Source: Harriotta raleighana (Eukaryota). Taken from it: 64,000 nucleotides of DNA. The stretch spans positions 1,496,429-1,560,428 of the forward strand of contig JBNZDD010013718.1 in assembly GCA_050575255.1 (NCBI GenBank), read 5' to 3'. The position numbers were made by a program, and so were the translations under genes. Below are positions 12,195 to 25,265 of the stretch, in pieces. Below the pieces are notes generated by a model, which was not told the DNA's origin, made no database searches, and saw only the letters and a list, made by a program, of their open reading frames with translations. Position 1 is the first letter of the stretch. The number at the start of each line of letters is the position of its first letter.

Positions 12195-12544
12195 CAAAAA
12201 AACACCAGGGAAGACACAGGAAGGATACAGGGGGAAGGAAAATAATAAAATGGTGGGAAGTGACCTTTTGGAAAAGACTGTCTGTATATTTATGTAGCTG
12301 GTTCATGAGCAGATTGGGGATTGGAGGCTAGCTCATCTGGACACAATCTCAGCTACACAATGGAATACTCAAAAAAACACCAGGGAAGACACAGGAAGGA
12401 TACAGGGGGAAGGAAAATAATAAAATGGTGGGAAGTGACCTTTTGGAAAAGACTGTCTGTATATTTATGTAGCTGGTTCATGAGCAGATTGGGGATTGGA
12501 GGCTAGCTCATCTGGACACAATCTCAGCTACACAATGGAATACT
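12195..12544. repeat. Exact 175-bp tandem duplication
   Basis: 12195-12369 and 12370-12544 read identically by eye, with no N at the junction. Confidence 0.92.
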
Positions 12545-12848
12545 GAATGAAATATAGCAGGGGGAAGAAATTAATCAAATAAAACAATTGGAGGACTTTT
12601 AAAATAACAAATTGGACTGTGCAATCGAATGCCCAAGTTAGCTAATGGTATTAGCCACAATAATTCAAAGCAAAACAGACAGTTTAGCAACAGATTTTTC
12701 AAGGCTCATTGGGAGCAAATCCTGTAAACAAATTGGGTTTCATCAATGCCCACAAGCTAAAATTCCAATTCTACACTGGCTGCTTTGCTGGTTGATCTAA
12801 TGTACAGATATATTTTTTTTAAATGGTGAGAACATCAGTTCAAAGTAT

Positions 12849-13143
12849 GGAGTCCTGTAGCTCAGTGGTTAGAGAATTCATCTTGCAAGCGTTCGAATGC
12901 AGGCAGATCAGAGTGAAACCGTGGGCAACTTTCCTTACTCCACACCTAATTATAATCCCTCCAAAAAAAAACACAATAATAAAATTGGTCATTTCAATCC
13001 ATGACTATTTGTGGGATACAGCTATGAACAATTGGCTGCCGCATTATACAGTCAATTCACTTTACAGTATATTCTGTGAAGCGCTTGGAGACATATAGAA
13101 GACGTGAAAAGCGCTATATCAAATGCAAGGATTATTATTATTA
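12849..13143 (+). mobile_element. tRNA-derived SINE (young family), near full length
   Basis: Head ggagtcctgTAGCTCAGTGGttagag...GTTCGAATgC (A and B boxes), body ccgtgggcaactttccttactccac, tail gaagcgcttggagacatatagaagacgtgaaaagcgct...(ATT)n. Many homologous copies in the window. Confidence 0.9.
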
Positions 13144-13826
13144 TATTAAGTGAACGTTGGGTTAGACTACATCTGAAGTCAATGATATCAAGACCTACAT
13201 ATCAATAATTCTGCCAGTTAGAATCCATGGATGACCATATTACACATTGTTGAATATAATGGAAAAAAATAAGCATTTATTAACAGATGTAAATGCACCA
13301 GCTCCTAAAATTAATTCAACTAGTTTTGATATCATGCTTATTGATTTGTGATTAATAATGTCAATCTCCTTAGTGTGCAGTATTAGATGGTTGGTTAAAG
13401 TTCTCTTCATGAATCGCTCAGTCTAAGACTGAATTGAATAATTTAAAATTAAAAGAAATATCACTAAATGAACTTGCTTTTAAGTTAAAATATATAATTA
13501 ACATAATTTGCATGTTCATTCAACTGGTGCATTTCTTAATACAGGTCACAGTAGGGGCTCCAAACCACATTTGAATAAAGCCCATCTGTTTCCTCGAATT
13601 TTCAGCATTAATGAGAAACTTGTATTCACTGGTGCGGATAGAAAAACCCTCATGTCTTTCTCGACTTTAAGTAAATGAATGACAAGAGCAATTTACTGCT
13701 CTTAACTCAGTTCTTAGTGACCATGCACAATAAGGAAAATATAGCCTTCACTTCTGAAACTCTATAATGCCAATCAAAAGGGCGTACATTGTTGTACTTG
13801 ACTTGCAATTTAAACTTGCTTTATTG

Positions 13827-14066
13827 TAATAATAATCCTTGCATCTGATATAGCGCTTTTCACATCTTCTAGACGTCTCAAAGCGCTTCACAGGATATAC
13901 TATAAAGTGAGTTGACCTTATATTTATGGGTGTAAAGCGGCAGCCAATCGCGCATAGCAGTGTCCCACAGACAGTATTGGATTGAGTGACCAAATTATTA
14001 TTGGGTTTTTTTGAGGGATTATTATCAGCCGTGTGGAGTAAGGAAATTTGCCCATGGTTTCACCCT
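13827..14066 (-). mobile_element. Same SINE family, 5'-truncated, inverted
   Basis: Reverse complement of the body and tail of the 12849 copy. Confidence 0.9.
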
Positions 14067-14766
14067 TAAATTACATAGCCAGATGGTGCTGTTTTGCAGT
14101 ACACTAGTCATAGTTCACAGCATTTTATTCTAAGGAGGTGAACCTGGTTTGCATTGCAGAGACACCTCAATTGATTGAGAAATAAAAACACAAATTAGTT
14201 TTCCCTTAACAGAGATTGTTGCTATTTAAACTCCTGTGTGCATACATTTCCAGACATTTTTTCTAAAACAAAACACATTCTGGGCTGGGTGGGGTTTGTT
14301 TGGGGAAGAGAAGTTCAAAAATGAATGCAGCATTTTTCACAGTATTTGGTAAATGTTAGGATGGCAAACTTAATCCCTAATGTTAGAGGAAATAGTCTGT
14401 TACATATCTGGAGGTCTGAAAATGCTAGATCATTTAAAGTGCACCATATTCACTTGTACCAAACCTAATTTCAATAAAAACATCCACTTAGCATGATCAA
14501 ATTAAATTTCAGAGTCCACTTGAATCGAATGAAGCTGTTTCCTGTATAAATTAGGATTTTGACAGACAACTGTGGCCAATTATATAATTCACGGGTTATT
14601 GTGATGAAAGAAAATGCAACCAAACACATTTTTACTCCAACAAGAATCAACACAACAGTTCATTTAATTTTGCAATTCAAAGCAGTACCAATATGTATCA
14701 GCATACAATAGAAGCATCTTGTCTACGTCTTAAGAATTAAACAAGTCACTGAAAAAGAAAGAGTAC

Positions 14767-14909
14767 CTTGTGTTTTGTCATCGTACAGAAATGGTTATTG
14801 CGAAAGAACACACACAGTTCTCCTTCTTGCACTCCGGACATCAGTTCACACAACCCATGATATGTCAGCTGGGTTGCAGTGCTGTTCAGAAACTGCTCTG
14901 CAACAAACG
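14767..14909 (-). CDS. MINDY2: MINDY2 exon 6 (catalytic His, FFRNNHF)
   Basis: 143 nt, phase 1/0. AFVAEQFLNSTATQLTYHGLCELMSGVQEGELCVFFRNNHFCTMTKHK. Confidence 0.97.
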
Positions 14910-16414
14910 CTAAGGACATAGAAAAAAAATGTAAATTAATATTCTGGGTGAAGCAAAACAAACATTACCCACAATTAGGCACATTACAAGCCGAGAATGC
15001 ATGGATCTCCGATAAGAAAGGCGCGCAGGTCTGACCCACTTCCAATCATAATGCACGCTATTGCAAGCTGGATTTGGACTAAAAGTGTGCCCACTATTTT
15101 TAAATATTTTACTTTTTTTGTAAACAGTTTCTACTAGAATAAAATGACATAAAAGCACATTTCTTAGAATTGGATTTTCAGATCTACCCAAACAGTAGCT
15201 TCCCATTGTAGCTACTCTGGGAACCAATTTTTACTACAGTATTCTGATGGAAACACACGGCTGAAAGTATTCAAAATAAAGAAATACTGATCACAATTTA
15301 AGAAGTCTAAAATTGCATCCTGTTATCCTAGTCTAGAACTCAGCAGTCGAAGACAAGGATGACAACAATAATTAAAATATAATTAGCCTTGAATTAACCT
15401 GTAAAAATCAACCCATTGCAGTGGCTTCAATATCATTGCAAAGAAAGACCATTTGTTTTTCAGACATTTCCAAATTGGTTAGACGATGTGGGAAGATCCT
15501 ACTTCTACAGGTGAATTCAGAAGGCAGGTAATGTTCATATAGCATATGTTTAAGGCTAAAAGGAATAACTTGAGAAGCAATGTTTCACCGTACAATATCA
15601 CTGATGCTGTTTCCAACTTATTGTGTGAATCAGTTCTGTAGGTTGGCAGGGCAGAATAATTAATTTCACGATAACTTAGAATATTCATGCAAACCAGGAC
15701 ACGATTATATTTACTGTGGCACATAAACTAAAATGTTGGGAAATGGAGGATTTACAAGACTAAGATAGTTTAGGATGACAAATTGTGTAAAATATAGTAC
15801 GGCAAATAATTAACAATGGTGAGAACAGGGTGGACGGCACAGAAATGTTTCCATAGAAATCACAAGAGAAAAACCTGGCATGATTGTCAACCCATGAATT
15901 TTCTCAAGTGGATTAGATGACATCAATTATTCTGATGTCCTCTTCCACTGATTTTCTGAACACAAGGTCCCCAATTTTAATGCTTTGCTACCAGTGTTAA
16001 TGTATCGAGTTGCCCCCCACAATTTCTAGAGACAGTTACCTATCTAAGTTGCACCACAAAGGCAGAACAAGGGTAAAACAGGCACTAATTACCTCCAAAT
16101 TTTGTCAATGTTACTGTGACACAGCTGGACAAAGCTAAGACTTTCTATGAAGTTAATAACTTTCAATTTACATTAAGTCATAATTTGGCTTGACTGATCC
16201 TTCTGTTTGGTGCATCACTATAATCGATTCTTTTTTTTTTTAAAAGCCATCTATCCAAATAATGCAGTGGTTTAAGTATGCGCATGAAGAGAGAGAAACA
16301 TATTCAAAGATCCTGGACAACACTTGCTTTGACAAGTATACTGTACAATGCAGCAGTTTTCTTCCCCAATATCCAATGCTTTTGAAGAAAAAGAAAAAGC
16401 CATTCTTCCCTTAC

Positions 16415-16517
16415 CTTCACTGACTAGTTCACTGTTCTCTGACTGTTTACAGAAGATAATCTTCTCCACCAGCTGGTTATAACTGCACATTCCCACTGCC
16501 TTCGCTATATCAGCATT
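16415..16517 (-). CDS. MINDY2: MINDY2 exon 5
   Basis: 103 nt, phase 0/1. NADIAKAVGMCSYNQLVEKIIFCKQSENSELVSE. Confidence 0.96.
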
Positions 16518-17091
16518 CTACAGAATAGAATTATCAACAGAAAATCACATTTGAGACTCCCGAGGAGGCTTTCTTTCAGACCGATACACCCCTTTTGATA
16601 CAATTTGTGAATTTGCTTCAAGACCCATTCCATGTTACACAAAAATGTTCCACAGCAATCATGACAGACGACTGCTCTGCACAAACACAAATTGTACTCT
16701 TTCTCCAACACAAATAAACCTGTAATTAAAAATATAGTTCTTTGCAGATTCACAAGTGGAACTGCCTGCAATGTGGCGAGTTGAAACTAAATTCTACCTG
16801 TCCCCTTTTCTGTTTAAGATAAATTCAATGCAATCAATTTCAACTCTTCACTTGGCAGCTGCTCATCAATGATCAGTTTGATAATTCGTGATAATATACC
16901 ATACACAACTTCAAACAGACTGCCGAGTACACCGTCAACTGAATTCTTTGGCTTTTTACATAGCAAGAGAACTGTACAAGTTACAGATTCCTGGCTTCAC
17001 ATTTTTGGTACTTAAGAGGTTTCACCAGCTTTAAATAAACTGTAATGGGAGCATGGAGTGCCAGTTAATCACACCTTTCATAATATCAAAA

Positions 17092-17350
17092 ATAATCCTT
17101 GCATTTGATATAGGGTCTAAACACATCGTCGAGATGTTGCAAAGCGCTTCACTGGATATACTGCAAAGGGATATGACTGTACATTTTGTGTCTGAACATC
17201 TCAAATTACATTTGCATTATATCTCTGCAGAACATTCTGTAAAAAAAACCTTGCATTTGATATAGTGCTTTTCATGTCTTCTAGATGTTTCAAAGTGCTT
17301 CAGAGAATATAGTGTAAAGTGAATTGACTAATATTTGTGGACAAAACACA
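17092..17350 (-). mobile_element. Two SINE 3'-tail fragments
   Basis: aataatccttgcatttgatatag... at ~17092 and ~17249. Similar tail-only pieces at ~2266-2312, 9958-10073, 10095-10150, 23800-23883, 37095-37170, 46652-46760 and 54215-54280. Confidence 0.8.
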
Positions 17351-17756
17351 GCAGAAAAAAAAGAAAATGTAATCACAATAAGGAAAGCTATGGTAGCAGT
17401 GGGCCCAGATTGTCAAGTCTATATATAATTACTTAATTTTTAGAAGTTATTATTCTTTAATTTTCTCTCTCTGCTTCTCCATGAAGTTTCCTTCTCACAA
17501 CCCAACCAGTTTCCTATGTTTTCATTAGTTCATTCAGCAGTTATCTGACCCAGTCTTGATAACGCTGATTAAACTCCCACTGAGAGAAACTCCCAATATA
17601 AATGTCACTCATTTGATCAGTGAGGAAAATGTTGTAAGTCTATGACTTTTCTTCTAATACGTACTTATAAATCTCTTGGGCAGCACAATAAACTGAAATG
17701 CTGCATTATTTAGACTTTGACTATGGAAGGAGCTCTACTATTTAGATATTTAAGTG

Positions 17757-17820
17757 CAGGGATGGCTAACTTAAATAGATGTGTAGAATGATAACGTGGG
17801 CCAAAAGTTAGCTATCCTTG
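17757..17820. mobile_element. Possible collapsed hAT-like MITE
   Basis: CAGGGATGGCTAACTT ... AAGTTAGCTATCCTTG imperfect 16-bp inverted ends spanning only 64 bp. No clear TSD. Confidence 0.4.
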
Positions 17821-18644
17821 CCTTAGAGGGCCTCCTCAGACGTAAGGGGGCAAAAGCCTTGAACTAGATGGTTGTTGGGGCAGGGGCTTAACTGTCCAAG
17901 AAGCCATATGCTGCATCCTTTCAGATTTTAGAAAGGGCTATATTTTAATTTTTTTTAATTTTCATCTCCATCCAACAGTTTAGCTCTTTGGAAAGTGCTT
18001 ACATTTTTGCAGCTCTTCATTCTCACTAACACATCTAATTTTACTGGGTTTTGAAATTAATTTTCTTCAGGAGTTTAAATGTACCAGAGCATTAGCACCT
18101 TTTTTTTACACACACAAACATACAGTAACTGCATTCTCTCTTCTTTTTAGAGAATGTGGAACTTTTATAGGCTGTATAAAACTACTAAACTCGTAAAACA
18201 GTTCCACAGCCTTTTCTTAACAAGTGGCTTGTGTTCCAGTCAGTTGGATGTCAATCAAACCAGTCTTGACCATCGGTCTTATGCTCTGTGATTCAATCAA
18301 TACAAAGCTGCAAGGTTCAGGGCTTTGCCAAGGATGGTTTACTACATCTATGGGATTGAAGGGAAAAGGAACCCAGGGGGAAAAAAGCCTTGGATATTCC
18401 CCTATTTTTAACTGTATAACACTGGAGACCAATTATAGAAAGAAAGTGTTGCCAGGCATGCAGAATCCTATAACCCTCTCACAGTCATACCTAACTAGTC
18501 AAAGAAAGACTCGTAGAAGGCCCAAGAGAAGGGAAGCTTGGATAGAAATAAGAAACTCACAAAAATTTAAAGCTGTGTCAAGCTACTTGCAGATTTAGAA
18601 TTCTCTTACAAGGTGGAAAAAAAACTTTTCTTCATATTCCTTAC

Positions 18645-18803
18645 CTGAGGATCCACCAACCATCCATGATAAAGTGCAATATCGAGAAGATCAAACACAA
18701 TGCACTCGGGAGTGTATTCAAAAACTCTTACACCAGTAAACTTGACATTTACATCCAGTCCAGTCTGCAGTTTATGTAGTATTGCCATTGCATCACTCAT
18801 GTT
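18645..18803 (-). CDS. MINDY2: MINDY2 exon 4
   Basis: 159 nt, phase 0/0. NMSDAMAILHKLQTGLDVNVKFTGVRVFEYTPECIVFDLLDIALYHGWLVDPQ. Confidence 0.97.
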
Positions 18804-21800
18804 CTGTTAAAGAAACCACAGATGGAAAATTCGAGATTTAAAATGTCCAAATGGCAAAACGATTAAAAACAGGTACTGTACAAGCTTTCCTCAATGCAGG
18901 AAATTTTATTGAGGAAATCCAGCATAAAGCTTATTACGTTTTCCATTAATATAACAATTTAAACATTTTCGAAGAGGGTGCAAAGCACTCTCTTTGCCAT
19001 TCAGTAAGCTCCTTTCTCTTCTGAAGACACTGACACAAACTGGATTATAGCTTCAGTCACTAGAGGCTCTCTGGAGCCTTGCTCAAGTTGAACTTCATGT
19101 ACTTGAACTAAGAAAGCAAGTATTGGCATTTATTTTAAAAGTCCAGCTCTTTTCACCCAACATTTTTTCGTTGGTCATGATCACAGGCAGGAATCCTGGA
19201 TACTTTACCTGAGAGTTCACAGTATAATTGTAACTCCTCCATTTGGCTTAGGCCACACTGGGGATTACTTCTTGCCTTTATGGCCAAGATGATACCAGTG
19301 AGGCATTTTATTGCCTAAGGAAGGCCATCACTGGGTCTTGGTTTGTAATTTCTCCTTATCTTTTTTTTCTCCTCAATGCCCCCAGTTTTCACATTGCTTT
19401 AAGCTGTGTACCTCTTCAGAATCATTAATGTGCAAATTTTACGTTAGTTTTTTTTAATATACTTACAGATCCAATCCATGGGCGTTTCTATCAAAGAACC
19501 ACTGATTCTTTACACTGCCTGCTGCAATATACTACATCTTGTGCTGTAGGTCTCGAGCTCCCATTTGGTTGTTACTTTGTTTTAGCCTGTTTGCATAAGT
19601 TAAGATAGAAATTCTGAGGTATCTGATGTGAATCCCACCTGAACACTTACACATACTTGCATCCACTTCTTGATCACGATTTGCAGAGAAAACCTCTGAG
19701 ACAGTGTTTTAAAGCAAAATGCAAAGGCTGCGTACATACATACATGTCTTATGAATAAGACCTGTATGACCAATACCACTGTTCTGAGTCGCTATCCTGT
19801 GTATGAGCACTATATAAATGCAAGTTGTTGTTTAAAAGCATCTCCGTGAAAGATACTCAAATTATTGAAAGAAATACCTGTCTTCTTTATGAAGGTGGGT
19901 ACATTTTCTAAGTGGTAGTAACCTTATTTTATGCAGTTGCCCCTTTCACTGGATTTTGGGTGAGGCACCTTTTATAGTGTATGAAGTATGCTCAAAGTTC
20001 ATGGTTCTTATTTATTTGCCAGAAGAAAGGCAAGTCCTATTCTGTGAAGGCCCACTGTGATACTAATCGAAACGATACCCTACGGGATGCGGAAAGTTGC
20101 CTCTGCTCATCAACTCAGTAGTTGTCCATCTCTCTTTCAATAGGAACATAGCAATGCGCAGTCCTACCCTGCAAAAGCTGGAGAGCATCATTTTGATACT
20201 TCATTAAAAACAGCAAATGGTTTATGAAGATTAGGCCACTCTAGGCATACAAATTTGGTCACAGAATAATCTCCTAAACTCAAAATGTCAGTGACCTACC
20301 CAAAAAGCTTTGGTAATTATACACATGACCACTCCAACCCAATTTTAGTCAACGGCATACTGCATTAGATACTAATATTTCAATACTGCCTAAAGTCCAG
20401 CTGATGCTTTTTTACATATATCACTTGTCAAAACTGTAAGAACTGAACTTAAATCTTTATTAAACAGATAAAATACATTGGAATTGCTTGGTTTCTTGTC
20501 AGTCAGTAAACTATTAATTCTTCATAATAAATTAGTTGAACTAATTTATTATTTCTCCTACACAACATTATGAATCAGCTTTCTTCCACTGACTGTCTGA
20601 TTTGTTGCATTATTGTTTTCTTAAGTTTCTTTATTACTATTGAACACCTTGTGCAATATACTCCATCTGAACAGAAGCAAAATTATGCAGCATACAAAAA
20701 GGATTCAATTCAGAAGAATGATGTTCAAACTATAATAACTCAAAATTAGAACAGTAAATTTGTATAAGGTAAATTTAGTTTCTGCAGTCCATCAAACCAC
20801 TGCTTTGCCACATAAAGTATTTCATATCGGTTAAGTTTGCTAATACATCCACAAGGTAAGTCAAGAGGGTTAATATAACAACATACCATAAAGATTTAAA
20901 GTGCATTTAAAGTATTAAAAGCCCAATTATGCATTGTAGATAAATATCTTGTTTAATTTAAAAATACTGTACAGCCCATCTTAACCAATCCAACCCAATT
21001 TATATTTTTTCCAATGGTTCAAGACAATGTCAGTTAGGACCGCAATGAATAAATTTACTGCCTGATTTATGGCTTCTTCATTTATTATGCATTAAGCTTC
21101 ATAAATATTTGAGTACTGAACTTTCTGCATAAATTTGATAGCCTTTTCCCAATTTGATATAGAAAAGGCAATAAAAAGGTTAACCTATGGGCCACAAAAA
21201 TAAAGACTAAGTAAATGCTCAAATTTAAATCAATACTTAAGTACTGCTGAGGTTCTGTCCATTCCAAACAGGTCATACTTTGCACATGGACAATATGGCA
21301 AAACTCGGGCTCCCAGTGCATTTTCCCCAAATTAACTTGCCTGGTCAAAAATCAGAGTACATGCAGGCTCTGGAAGGAAGTACAAGTACTTCTAAATTCC
21401 TCCAGTGACATCTTTCCTCACATCTTAATTTTATTGCAACCCAATTACAGCTGGTAAGCCTTTCCAGTTTCTCACATTTGGGCATCTGATGAGCACTTGC
21501 CTCAGGCACACATCGCCTAATCGTTTCAAATGGTTTAAAAAAAAGTGCCAATTTGTTTATTTTTAAATGGTGCATTTATTTGCTAATAATAGTTGACACA
21601 GTTAGCTTCATAGCATTGGAGCTCACTTCAAACATACTAATTACAGCAAATTTGTAAGAATGAAAAACATAAAAACAAAGCACAAATTGAGGAATATCAA
21701 TGCCTGAACAGTTTTCTTGCAAAAAAAAATCCTATGGTGCAATTAAACCCAATAAGATCCAACTGAACTTTCATGATAAAATATGGGGTCTTAATTGCAA

Positions 21801-23541
21801 GCTGATTTCAGCTGGGAATGAAATTCCATTTAAGCACAAGGTGATTTATCCAGGCAATGGAAACAGTTGCTTTTATTCTAAAAGCGTAAATTATCCCAAG
21901 GACTTGATAACTTAAACTGCATAAGAGCGCAATTGAACTTGCAGGATGCAATTACTCATAAGCACAGTGGCAACAATTTCCAGGCACAAAAAGTCCTCAT
22001 CATTCCATCTGATATGCCATAATTGTGCACAAAAGTTCCCGAAAAAGTGCTTTGTAATTACATTGTGAAAATGTAAACATGATAGAAAAATTTACATTTT
22101 TAAAGTACAATACCTTATTTAAATGACACATTTCAAAGCGTGTCATTGGTAAATACAGTGTTATTTTAAAAAATGATTTCATTCAATTTAATTAGTTTTT
22201 ACGTAATTTGGGGGTAATATGCAATTACCCAGAGTGAATTTCCTTACCAATGCATTGAAAGGTGCATCAAGGACAAAGTTTGCACTGTTTACAGGGACAC
22301 ACAATACTCACAGGTGTTATGTTGCACAAGCTTGAGAAAAGGCTTTGTAATAAATAAATCAAGGACAAGGTTTTGAAGATTGTACAAAAGACTGGAACAA
22401 ATTGGTTTTCATTTTAATGTAGATGGAATACATTCTCAGGTTATTTTCCTTTTGACCTGCAAGCTGACAGATTCTCTGACATGCAACTGAACATTTAAAA
22501 ATAAAGACTGTTGTTTGATACAAGCAGCATCTTTTATAGAATCTTACAGGAAAGCCTCAACTCAGGTCCTCAACTCTAACAATGGACGAATTCCAGATGT
22601 ACCAGCAATTACTCGCCCTGTTCCCGAATATAGGACATTCCAGACAAGACAAACCACATTCCAACCAGTTGAGACAAATTTGTGATGGGCTCAATTTTTA
22701 TTGGCTTAAACAACTTTCATACTTAGATATTTTAAGAGAACTTGTGCTTCTGCTCCAAGAATGTAATCTCATCTCCCCAGTCACGGAACATTTTCTTCCA
22801 CCCTGCTGACTTGCCACCTTTCAAATATAGCCTCAAATTCTCAAGAGAGCATTCAAATATACCTACAATCATGCATAGCAAGAGAAGCTGAAATCAATCT
22901 TTGGCTTAGAATTTGGATCAGAGCATCAAAGCATAAATCACTGATGCAGGAATAAGACTTCTAGCAAAGTAGAAATAGATAAAGTAACAGAACTCAGGCA
23001 TGTTGATCGCTCTGTAAGGGGTGGGTGGGTGGGATCTCGATTTATTCCTCTCAACACAAAATATGATGAGCCAATTGCTTTCATCATTCTGATTCATGTA
23101 GTTGTGGTGCACTGCTTTAAAAAAGACACCAAGTATTTTGTAAACCATTAAACATGAGTAAATAAAAGTAAATGAAATGTTCCCCCACCCAGCCAATAAC
23201 CATACACCTGCATTAATCAGTGCCTTCAAGAGAGGAAAGAAACATTCTGACTGCAAACTACAGATTAAAACGTGGGATAAAATGCATTAGAAGACTTTGT
23301 AACATCATTAATAACAGTAGCAAATATAACATTTGTTATAGGAAATGCAGGTATTGTTAAAATTAAAAAGTCCATTGCAAAGCTGGCGCATCAATTCAGC
23401 TGTGAACATTTAACAAGTTTAGATTTTTCAGAGAATGCTAAAGTTCTACAGTTCCTTACATTACTCTTGGTTTTATATCATTGTAGACATTGTTTTTGGG
23501 TAAGCACTATTACAATACAATTATGAACAACAAACCAGTAC

Positions 23542-23606
23542 CTGTTCATAATTTAATCTCTGGGCGTCTGTGATTTCTTTTGGTTTTGCATCCAGGATGT
23601 AGTCAC
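23542..23606 (-). CDS. MINDY2: MINDY2 exon 3 (not in ORF track)
   Basis: Hand-translated: ttttctgtag|GT GAC TAC ATC CTG GAT GCA AAA CCA AAA GAA ATC ACA GAC GCC CAG AGA TTA AAT TAT GAA CAG|gtac = GDYILDAKPKEITDAQRLNYEQ. 65 nt, phase 1/0. Confidence 0.95.
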
Positions 23607-25119
23607 CTACAGAAAAATGTAAATATTAACAACATTGCCCAAATTCAAATTTCTAATGATTTACTTTAAATGACTGAATTAGTGCCAACACACTATGGAA
23701 GCTCAACCCCACAAAACAAGACAGGCAGAAAGATTTACATGACATGAAAACATAATTTGGAAATTAGCTTTTTGTCTTGCCCAAAGTCAATGTATACATT
23801 GTCAATTCACTTCACAATATATTCTGTGCAGCACTTTTCAACAACGTGATAAGGCACTATATCAAATGCAAGGATTATTATTATGCTACAATTTGTTATA
23901 ACAATTAATGTTTCACTGTAAAATAAGCCTGCTACAGCTCTTCAATGATCTACAATTGTGTCCAAGCACACAATAACACCATTCTTAACCACTGATGGGT
24001 GGAGCAGAGAATGTATTACAACAGAGCTTATTTAATTACAAAATAGAAAGAGAATAGAGAAAAATACAGAAAAAGACACATCTAAAATACCAGTACATAG
24101 TTTCAATGTATACATTGCATTACAATGTTGCATCATAGAGCTGCTCCTGCAAAACAAGTTTTTTTTAAAAAAAGTTTGAGGCTTTCTGCTGAAACATTTC
24201 AAAATAAATTGTTGGTCCAGGGAGTAAATGATTCTCTGAAGATGCTAGCATTGTGACCTTTTTAACCTGAACAATCTGCTGGTTTATCAATTGGGTGTTT
24301 TTCTTGGCTTAGATCATGAGAGGAACTCAATGTTGGGAAAAAGCAAAATGTTTCCTACTTGTAACAGCATGAAATACTAGCAGCAAAAAAGTATTTGTGA
24401 GGATGAGTCAACTGCATAGTAAAGCTTTCTGTGAGATCTACTACAGTGTACTCAGGCAACAGCCCCTCCCTTATATCAGTATAACATTTCATTTCCCATA
24501 CTAATAAATCCCCTATCAAATAGAATTGATAGGTGAACCCTACCATGTTGGGACCTGCCTAGAATTGTCCAAACTCACTATTTAATGATTCTTGCATCTC
24601 TACATGGAGACAGGCCCCAGAAGCAAAATGAAAATATCCTTTTATACTGCACCATCTAGTTCCCTATAACATAGTTGTTAGATCTTAAATATTGTAAATG
24701 ATTACAAAAATATTCAAACATACAATAAAATCAGGAAACTTATGAAAGCATAAGGATAACTCTGAAGACCCCATCACATAGTTATCAGGCAAAGAGGAAG
24801 TAACACTCACAAGAATTGTCTGCCCCTTAAAAGGTTATATCTGATATGTAAGGATCTGTTAAAAGTTTCAGCATCGTGCACTTCTACAGGTAAATACTGA
24901 AATCAACAACTAAAACAGAAATACATGTGGATGGATTTGAATAAAGGAAATTGGGGGAAAATTCACACATTAAAACGATAGATGGATATCATTTGAATAC
25001 ATATGGAAGTTAACCCCATGCAGCAAATGACTTCACCGAGCAAAGTAATGTAAATATTAAGGAGGAAAAGACCAACAACAGACATGATTGTGCAAGAGCT
25101 GGAGGAAAAAACAAGGTAT

Positions 25120-25265
25120 AGATGAGGGTCAGGGCAACAGCGAAACCAGGCATGGGCAGAACTATGATGGTGAAGTTGAGAGGAGAGGCAGTGGAGAAGA
25201 GTGGTTGACCATGTCGAAGGTGGCAGAGATTGAGAAGGATGAAGAGATACAGAGGGCCCTGGTTG
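25120..25265 (-). mobile_element. Decayed L2 reverse-transcriptase fragment
   Basis: Frameshifted minus translations LFILLNL / SATFDMVNHS / LLHCLSSQLH..SAHAWFR resemble LLLLDLSAAFDTVDHxxLLxRL...ALxWFxSYL. Confidence 0.7.
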
